From Campylobacterota bacterium (GTDB lineage: Bacteria; Campylobacterota; Campylobacteria; Campylobacterales; Sulfurimonadaceae), in assembly GCA_034717975.1 (NCBI GenBank), contig JAYEMF010000098.1, positions 1 to 13,059 of the forward strand: a stretch of DNA of 13,059 nt, in the 5' to 3' direction. This document shows, in pieces, positions 7,105 to 13,059 of the stretch; within the stretch, counting starts at the first letter, position 1; each line of letters starts with the position of its first letter. The notes beneath the pieces were generated by a model. That model was not told the DNA's origin and searched no databases. It worked only from the letters and a program-made list of their open reading frames with translations. The position numbers and the translations under genes were made by a program.

Positions 7105-9248
7105 TGCAACACCACCACCTAACTGATCCGCTTCTGGAGTGTCTGGTTATCTTTACCAAGCTCCATCACAAGCCCTACAGTGCAGAAGCTCTCACTGCAG
7201 GACTTCCCATCGAAGATGGAGCTGCAACCCCTGAACTATTCTCCCTGCATCACTCAAAATCAAACTTTTCGCGAGCTGCCAGACGTGCCGGTTTTTCATC
7301 CAAACTTGTTAAACGCGATCTGGCCGATATCCCTGCTATGGTTCTGCCGTGTATTCTTGTCCTTCAGAATAAAAGTGCCTGTATCCTGGAAGATATCGAC
7401 CTGGACGCCAATAAAGCGAAGGTCATCCATCCCGAACTGCCCGAAGGTGAGGAGTGGATCGACCTTAACAGACTGGATGATCAGTACCTTGGTTTTTCCT
7501 TCTTCTTAAAACCGGAACATCGTTATGAAAAATCACGTCATCAACTGATGCATACCCATGACAAGCACTGGTTCTGGGGAACACTGATGCACTCTAGAAG
7601 CATCTACCGCGATGTCTTTTTTGCCTCTATTCTGATCAACCTCTTTGTCATTGCCGCCCCGCTCTTTACCATGAATGTCTATGATCGTGTTGTACCAAAC
7701 AATGCCATTGAGACCATGTGGGTCCTGGCCACCGGGATAGTTGTCGTCTACTTTTTCGATATGCTCTTAAAGTTCATGCGTACCTACTTTCTCGAGATTG
7801 CCGGTAAGAAGAGTGATGTCATCATGTCTTCCATTATTTTTGAACAGGTAATGAACTTAAAAATGGCCGTACGACCAAAATCTGTCGGCTCCTTTGCCAG
7901 CCATCTTAAAGAGTTTGAGAGCATTAGAAACTTTTTTACCTCTTCAACGGTCTCTACCCTTATTGACCTCCCTTTCGTCCTGATCTTTTTAGTCATCACC
8001 TACTATATTGCCGGCACTATCATTGTCGTACCCATTGTGATCATGGCGATCATCCTTATCTACAGCCTATCTATTCGAAAACCCCTGCAAAAAAGTGTTG
8101 AGAGCACCTATGAAGCGTCAGCGGCCAAGAACTCTGTGCTTATCGAGACACTGAACAATCTTGAAGCGATCAAGATGATGGGTGCACACGGCCATGCCCA
8201 ATATAAATGGGAAGAGGCAACGGGCGATATCGCTGATAAGAGTCTGAGATCCCGTATCCTTTCCAACTCGATAACCACGGTCACCTCCTTTTTGGTCCAG
8301 CTAAATACCGTAGCGGTACTTATCCTTGGTGTCTATATGATCGAAGCGATGGAGTTGACCATGGGTGGGCTGATCGCTGCTGTCATCCTTACCTCACGGG
8401 CTATTGCACCGATGGGACAGGTGGCTGCTTTGCTCTCTAATTATGAGCAGTCCAAAACATCACTAAATGCGCTGAATGAGATCATGGAGCTTCCTGTTGA
8501 ACGTCCCGAAGAGAAGCGTTTCATCCACCGCTCCAGTTTTGATGGAAAGATCACCTTCAAAGATGTGGTATTTGCTTATCCCGGTGCAGAGAATGAGATT
8601 CTAAACGGTATTTCATTTACTATCAAACCAGGTGAAAAAGTGGGTATTATCGGTCGTATCGGTTCAGGAAAATCCACCATTGAAAAACTGATGATGAACC
8701 TCTATCAACCAACAAGCGGTTCCATTTTGATTGATGACATCGACCTAAATCAGATCGATCCTGCCGATCTTCGCAAGCAGGTAGCCTATGTCCCTCAGGA
8801 TATCACCCTCTTCCAAGGTACGCTCAGAGACAACATTGTCTATAAGAAGCCAAACATTTCCGATGAGAAGATTTTGCGTGCCGCACAGATAGGTCTGGTC
8901 GATCAATATGTCAACCAGCACCCTATGGGCTACGATATGCCTGTCGGTGAGCAGGGTTATGGACTCTCCGGCGGTCAGAAGCAGAGTGTTACGATTGCCC
9001 GTGCGTTTATCGAAGAGACAGCTATTGCTCTGCTTGATGAGCCGACTAACTCCATGGATAATTCAACCGAGCAACTGCTCTTGCAGCGTCTGAAATTGGC
9101 GACTAAAGACCAAACAACCATTTTGGTTACACACAAGACCGGCATGATGGCACTGGTAGATCGTCTGATCCTTCTGGATGAGGGTAAAATAGTTATGGAT
9201 GGGCCAAAAGAAGAGGTCCTTAAAGCTTTGCAAAAGAGAAAATCGTGA
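7104..9248 (+). CDS. Type I secretion ABC permease/ATPase (LapB/LssB-like) with N-terminal C39-like domain
   Basis: N-terminal 'DPLLECL...ALTAGLP...RAARRAG' domain. 'HWFWG' and 'PLFTMNVYDRVVPN' in the membrane domain. Walker A GRIGSGKST, Q-loop YVPQ, signature LSGGQ, Walker B ALLDEPT, H-loop VTH. TGATG overlap with the upstream gene. Confidence 0.96.
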   Translation: MQHHHLTDPLLECLVIFTKLHHKPYSAEALTAGLPIEDGAATPELFSLHHSKSNFSRAARRAGFSSKLVKRDLADIPAMVLPCILVLQNKSACILEDIDLDANKAKVIHPELPEGEEWIDLNRLDDQYLGFSFFLKPEHRYEKSRHQLMHTHDKHWFWGTLMHSRSIYRDVFFASILINLFVIAAPLFTMNVYDRVVPNNAIETMWVLATGIVVVYFFDMLLKFMRTYFLEIAGKKSDVIMSSIIFEQVMNLKMAVRPKSVGSFASHLKEFESIRNFFTSSTVSTLIDLPFVLIFLVITYYIAGTIIVVPIVIMAIILIYSLSIRKPLQKSVESTYEASAAKNSVLIETLNNLEAIKMMGAHGHAQYKWEEATGDIADKSLRSRILSNSITTVTSFLVQLNTVAVLILGVYMIEAMELTMGGLIAAVILTSRAIAPMGQVAALLSNYEQSKTSLNALNEIMELPVERPEEKRFIHRSSFDGKITFKDVVFAYPGAENEILNGISFTIKPGEKVGIIGRIGSGKSTIEKLMMNLYQPTSGSILIDDIDLNQIDPADLRKQVAYVPQDITLFQGTLRDNIVYKKPNISDEKILRAAQIGLVDQYVNQHPMGYDMPVGEQGYGLSGGQKQSVTIARAFIEETAIALLDEPTNSMDNSTEQLLLQRLKLATKDQTTILVTHKTGMMALVDRLILLDEGKIVMDGPKEEVLKALQKRKS

Positions 9249-10576
9249 AACAAGAGAAACAGTACACACCGGACGATCTCGCCTACATGAACTCTCTGAG
9301 TGCAGCCATACTCCAAAAAGCACCGGTCAAATCCAAACAGATATTATGGATCATGATCGTCGTCGTTGTCTGGCTGATCGTCTGGGCCAGTTTTGCAGAG
9401 GTCGATGAACTGGCACGCGGTGAAGGGAAAGTCATCCCATCCAAACAGATCCAGATCATTCAGAATCTTGAGGGGGGTATTGTCTCTGAAATCCTCGTCG
9501 ATGAAGGCGAAAAGGTCGACAAAGGGCAGATCCTTATCAAGATCGATGATACCGGCTTTTCGAGTTCTTTTGAAGAGAACAAGCTTCGCTATTATGAACT
9601 TAAAGCCAAATCAATCCGTCTAGAAGCAGAATCGACCGGAAAAAAATTCCGTGTTGACAAAGCGACAGAAAAAGAGATGCCGGAGCTTATCAGACATGAG
9701 CGCACCCTTTACACGATCGACCAGAAAAAGCTGGAAAAAAAGCTCAAGATCCTCAAGGAGCAGATCTCTCAACGTAAAAATGAGCTGACTGAAGCCAAAG
9801 CAAAACGTGATCAGCTAATGCATAGCTACAGGCTGATTTCCAAAGAGGTCGATATGACCAAGCCGCTGGTAAGAAAAGGGCTGGTCTCTGAAGTTGAGTT
9901 TCTCCAGCTCTCACGTCAGGCATCCTCTATGGAAGGTGACCTCAATGCCGTCACCCTTTCTATCCCCCGTATACGATCAACGATTGCCGAAGCAGAGGAC
10001 AAGCTGGCCGAAACAAGATTGGAATTCCAACATGATGCCAAAGAGGAGCTGAACAAAGTCACAGCCGAAATGTCACGCATCAAGGAGTCCGGTACCGCTT
10101 TGGAAGATCGTGTCAAACGAACCATGGTCCGCTCACCTGTTGAAGGTGTTGTCAAACAGCTGCTGGTCAATACGGTCAAGGGAATCGTCCAGCCGGGTAT
10201 GGATATCGTCGAGATTGTCCCTATCCAGGACACTCTGCTCATAGAGACTAAGATCAAGCCCTCTGACATTGCCTACCTTTTCCCGGGCCAGAAGGCCATT
10301 GTAAAGTTCACCGCCTACGATTTTGCCATCTATGGTGGGCTTAAAGGGCAAGTGACCTACATCAGCTCAGACACCATTGTCGATGAGGAAGGAAACAACT
10401 TCTATCTTGTACGGATTAAAACTGACGAGAACCACCTTGAGAAAAATGGTGAGAAAAATGATATTTTAGTCGGAATGGTGGCAAATGTGGATATCATTAC
10501 CGGTAAGAAGACGGTGATGGATTATCTGCTTAAGCCAATTCTAAAAGCTAAAGACAGTGCATTGAGGGAGCGATAA
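9245..10576 (+). CDS. HlyD-family type I secretion periplasmic adaptor (LapC-like)
   Basis: Single TM helix, then 'WASFAEVDELARGEGKVIPS..IQIIQNLEGGIV', a long coiled coil, 'VRSPVEGVVK', 'VKFTAYDFAIYGGL', and C-terminal 'DIITGKKTVMDYLLKP'. The GTG start overlaps the upstream TGA (GTGA). Confidence 0.96.
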   Translation: MKQEKQYTPDDLAYMNSLSAAILQKAPVKSKQILWIMIVVVVWLIVWASFAEVDELARGEGKVIPSKQIQIIQNLEGGIVSEILVDEGEKVDKGQILIKIDDTGFSSSFEENKLRYYELKAKSIRLEAESTGKKFRVDKATEKEMPELIRHERTLYTIDQKKLEKKLKILKEQISQRKNELTEAKAKRDQLMHSYRLISKEVDMTKPLVRKGLVSEVEFLQLSRQASSMEGDLNAVTLSIPRIRSTIAEAEDKLAETRLEFQHDAKEELNKVTAEMSRIKESGTALEDRVKRTMVRSPVEGVVKQLLVNTVKGIVQPGMDIVEIVPIQDTLLIETKIKPSDIAYLFPGQKAIVKFTAYDFAIYGGLKGQVTYISSDTIVDEEGNNFYLVRIKTDENHLEKNGEKNDILVGMVANVDIITGKKTVMDYLLKPILKAKDSALRER

Positions 10577-11136
10577 TGGTACAGCTCTATAGCGACAAAA
10601 TCAACCTCATAGAACGCTTCAATATTAAGAGTCTCGAAAATGAGATCTCTATTATCCCGTCGATCAATGAGCTTAATACGGACAGTACCATTATCACTGA
10701 TCCCGATATGGCCAGGATACTGCTGAAAAAATTCCCTTTTTCAAAGATCATGGTACTCAGCGACGCACCTTCTTTTGCAGAGGGGTCAAAACTCCTGCCA
10801 TTGGGCATCCGAGGCTATGGCAATACCTACATCCACCTCAAACACCTGACACAGGCGATGATCACCATCGAAAACGGTGCCGTATGGCTCTATCCATCTT
10901 TTATGCGCCAACTCATTCACGGTGCGGCTTCTTCATCAAAAAAGAAGAGCGATACGCTCGACAGGCTCACCGAACGTGAACGAGAGACCGCTCTTCTCGT
11001 AAAAGACGGTAAAAGCAATAAAGAGATTGCCACAGCACTCGATATTACAGAACGTACCGTTAAACAGCATATGAGCAATATTTTTGAGAAGTTAGGGGTG
11101 AGTGATCGCCTCTCTTTGGCGATGCTGTTGAAGTAA
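10576..11136 (+). CDS. LuxR/NarL-family transcriptional regulator with degenerate receiver-like N-terminal domain
   Basis: C-terminal LuxR HTH 'LTERERETALLVKDGKSNKEIATALDITERTVKQHMSNIFEKLGVSDR'. The N-terminus is REC-like ('IITD', 'KIMVLS', 'LGIRGY'). TAATG overlap with the HlyD gene. Confidence 0.92.
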   Translation: MVQLYSDKINLIERFNIKSLENEISIIPSINELNTDSTIITDPDMARILLKKFPFSKIMVLSDAPSFAEGSKLLPLGIRGYGNTYIHLKHLTQAMITIENGAVWLYPSFMRQLIHGAASSSKKKSDTLDRLTERERETALLVKDGKSNKEIATALDITERTVKQHMSNIFEKLGVSDRLSLAMLLK

Positions 11137-11175
11137 AACTGTTTTCTACTCTATGTAAAAACTCTGCAAGTCAAT

Positions 11176-11200
11176 CTACTTCCCGATAACCGGGAAATAG
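11176..11200 (-). terminator. Hairpin between convergent genes; likely (bidirectional) terminator
   Basis: On the - strand, CTATTTCCCG-GTTAT-CGGGAAGTAG forms a 10-bp stem with one G-U pair, starting 3 nt after the adhesin stop. The U-tract is weak. Confidence 0.6.
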
Positions 11201-11203
11201 CCT

Positions 11204-13059
11204 CTATGTTGGATCTACTGTAATACTCTGTTCAATATTTAATGTCAGACCTGCATCACTCAAGCTTCCGGTATCCGTATAGACATCATATACATGACCA
11301 TTGCTCTCCACGGTTTCTCCCGTTACTTTTAATGTACCATCCGTTGTGACAACATCCTCTGTTTCACCATCAATAAAGAGTTCATTATTGGTATCTGTAA
11401 TATCGAGTACATCCTGTACACTCAGGTTGTCAACACGGTGATCTCCGTACTCAGATAGATCAATCTTCTCAATATTTTTAATTTGAGTGATTGTATCAAT
11501 ATCAAAATTAAGATCAGAGTTCATTGACAATAATAATGAATCATTACCTATATTACCATCTAGCAATGCATCTGCACTATCATAAACAAGGATGTCATCA
11601 CCTGCCCCGCTATCGATCGTATCACTGCCACCACGTCCATCGATATAGTCAGAGTTATCTGTACTATCAATAGCTGTACCTTCTGATCCGCCAATTGTTG
11701 TTGTAGATGTATCTATAACATTTCCAATACCATCCAATTCCTGCGTTACCGCCGTTACGAGAGGTGTAAAACCATCTGGTAGAGAGTTGTCTGTTGCCAA
11801 TGCCAGTTGATCCAAAAGTGTCAGAGGAATATCATAGGCACCATTAGTGGTAGTCAGGTCTTCATAGAGACCGGTGGCGGTATTATATACCTGCAATACA
11901 GAGTTTGCCGGCAATTCAGCCATCGTAACGCTTGCAATCTCTTCTGTATTAGATGCTTCTGGCAGCTGCGCGGTAATAGAAATAGGATATGTATAAGTTG
12001 AACTATCTGCAATTCTAGGATCAATGATTTCATCTAATGCAACCCCGTTTCCTGTCGCAGTAATAATAAAATTATCAAAACCAAGATTATGATGGATAGT
12101 TATAGTGTCTGATTGTCCATTACTCGGATCCCATGTAACACTCTCAGTTAAAGTAGGGTCTCCATTATTATAGACAACTGTTTTCGTTTCATTCATAATT
12201 TTATTATCAACTTTTTCAAATGTCCATGTAACAGTATTCAAACTATCATCTACTAAAGTAATAGTTGTGGTTTCACCCTTCATATTGCTAAGGCCTAACA
12301 ACAATTCTTGGACACTTGATGTAAACTCAACAGTCAATGATTCTCCCGCATCAATAAACACATCGTCTACACCTATACCATTTCCGGTAAATTTCAAATC
12401 TGTTCCTGAGGATATCAAGGTCAATCCATCAGATGAAAATACATTTGCACGAGTATCTTCGTCCAGTGTTGGATCTATCACTGTAGTATTAATAAGTGGA
12501 TCACCAATAGTTACTGCCAATCCATCTTCAGGCAGCAAGTGATCAGCAACTGCTGAGATTATGACATCGATGTCTCGGGTGGTTGTCGCACCATCATTAT
12601 CTGTGACAGAGACAGTGATCATATCAGTTCCATGGTAGTTTACATCTGGTGTATATATAATATCCCCATTGGAAGCAAGAGCAACTGTTCCGTAAGTGGC
12701 ACTGAGCGATGATGAGACAATCTCTCCATCGATATCTGAAGCATTAGCAACGACTTGCGCAATATCTTCAACTACTGTGGTGTCACCAACGGTAATAACT
12801 GGCGGTGCTGCTACGGTGGTATCTGTTGAATCCGTTGGGCTTTCAGCAAAGCCTTGATCATCGGTATAGCTTGCTTGAACGGTGATTGTTTCACCTACTT
12901 CTGCATCGGTTAATACATACGTAGAAGCGGTTGCTCCAGTAATGGCGACACCACCTGCAGACCATTGGTAACTGATCGTGGCGTTTTCGATTCCATCTGG
13001 ATCACTCACTGTTGCGGTTAATGTATCACCAACATTTGTTGTTCCAGTGATTTCAACTG
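11204..13059 (-). CDS. Large T1SS-secreted Ig-repeat/RTX adhesin, C-terminal portion; 5'-partial
   Basis: The frame is open to the window edge (VEITGTTNVGDTLTATV precedes the called GTG at 13009). The protein is D/T-rich and Cys-free. It has an Ig repeat '..SYQW..GVAITGATASTYVL..VGETITVQASYTD', a cadherin-like/Big_9 repeat 'ASDIDG..YTPDVNYHGTDMITVSVTDNDG', RTX nonapeptides, and a T1SS-type C-terminus 'IKNIEKIDLS..NLSVQDVLDITD..NELFIDG'. Confidence 0.9.
   Translation of the reverse strand, partial: VEITGTTNVGDTLTATVSDPDGIENATISYQWSAGGVAITGATASTYVLTDAEVGETITVQASYTDDQGFAESPTDSTDTTVAAPPVITVGDTTVVEDIAQVVANASDIDGEIVSSSLSATYGTVALASNGDIIYTPDVNYHGTDMITVSVTDNDGATTTRDIDVIISAVADHLLPEDGLAVTIGDPLINTTVIDPTLDEDTRANVFSSDGLTLISSGTDLKFTGNGIGVDDVFIDAGESLTVEFTSSVQELLLGLSNMKGETTTITLVDDSLNTVTWTFEKVDNKIMNETKTVVYNNGDPTLTESVTWDPSNGQSDTITIHHNLGFDNFIITATGNGVALDEIIDPRIADSSTYTYPISITAQLPEASNTEEIASVTMAELPANSVLQVYNTATGLYEDLTTTNGAYDIPLTLLDQLALATDNSLPDGFTPLVTAVTQELDGIGNVIDTSTTTIGGSEGTAIDSTDNSDYIDGRGGSDTIDSGAGDDILVYDSADALLDGNIGNDSLLLSMNSDLNFDIDTITQIKNIEKIDLSEYGDHRVDNLSVQDVLDITDTNNELFIDGETEDVVTTDGTLKVTGETVESNGHVYDVYTDTGSLSDAGLTLNIEQSITVDPT
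11530..11660 (-). repeat. RTX (GGxGxD-type) Ca2+-binding nonapeptide repeats within the adhesin
   Basis: Translation 'DYIDGRGGSDTIDSGAGDDILVYD...LLDGNIGNDSL' gives about 3 repeats just upstream of the C-terminal secretion signal. Confidence 0.8.

Noticed and set aside
7104..7520. Active C39 peptidase or bacteriocin exporter
   Set aside because: There is no Q-x(4-5)-C-G catalytic motif. The domain matches the inactive C39-like domain of LapB/HlyB-type exporters, and no double-glycine peptide gene is nearby.
13007..13009. GTG at 13009 as the adhesin start
   Set aside because: It falls mid Ig repeat and the frame continues without a stop to the window edge.
11204..13059. Pore-forming RTX toxin
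   Set aside because: The visible part consists of acidic Ig/cadherin-like domains with few RTX repeats, and no acyltransferase gene is in the window. An adhesin fits better.

Overview
This is a gene-dense envelope and transport region. Gene style suggests a Campylobacterota bacterium such as Sulfurimonas or Sulfurovum (inference only). The + strand carries two tripartite exporter operons in tandem. The first (<1-5075) has a TolC-family outer-membrane factor (5'-truncated by the window), an unusually short periplasmic adaptor, and an AcrB-superfamily RND permease split into two translationally coupled half-genes. The second (5275-11136) is a Lap/Agg-type type I secretion system: a TolC fused to a C-terminal OmpA peptidoglycan-binding domain, an ABC transporter with a C39-like domain, an HlyD adaptor, and an atypical LuxR-family regulator. 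On the - strand, converging on this operon, is the 3' end of a large acidic Ig-repeat/RTX adhesin, the likely secretion substrate. The most interesting points are the split RND permease (with a -1 slippery site at the junction and a non-canonical proton relay), the TolC-OmpA fusion, and a probable ligand-binding domain inserted in the adhesin tip. No RNA genes, CRISPR arrays or mobile elements were seen.
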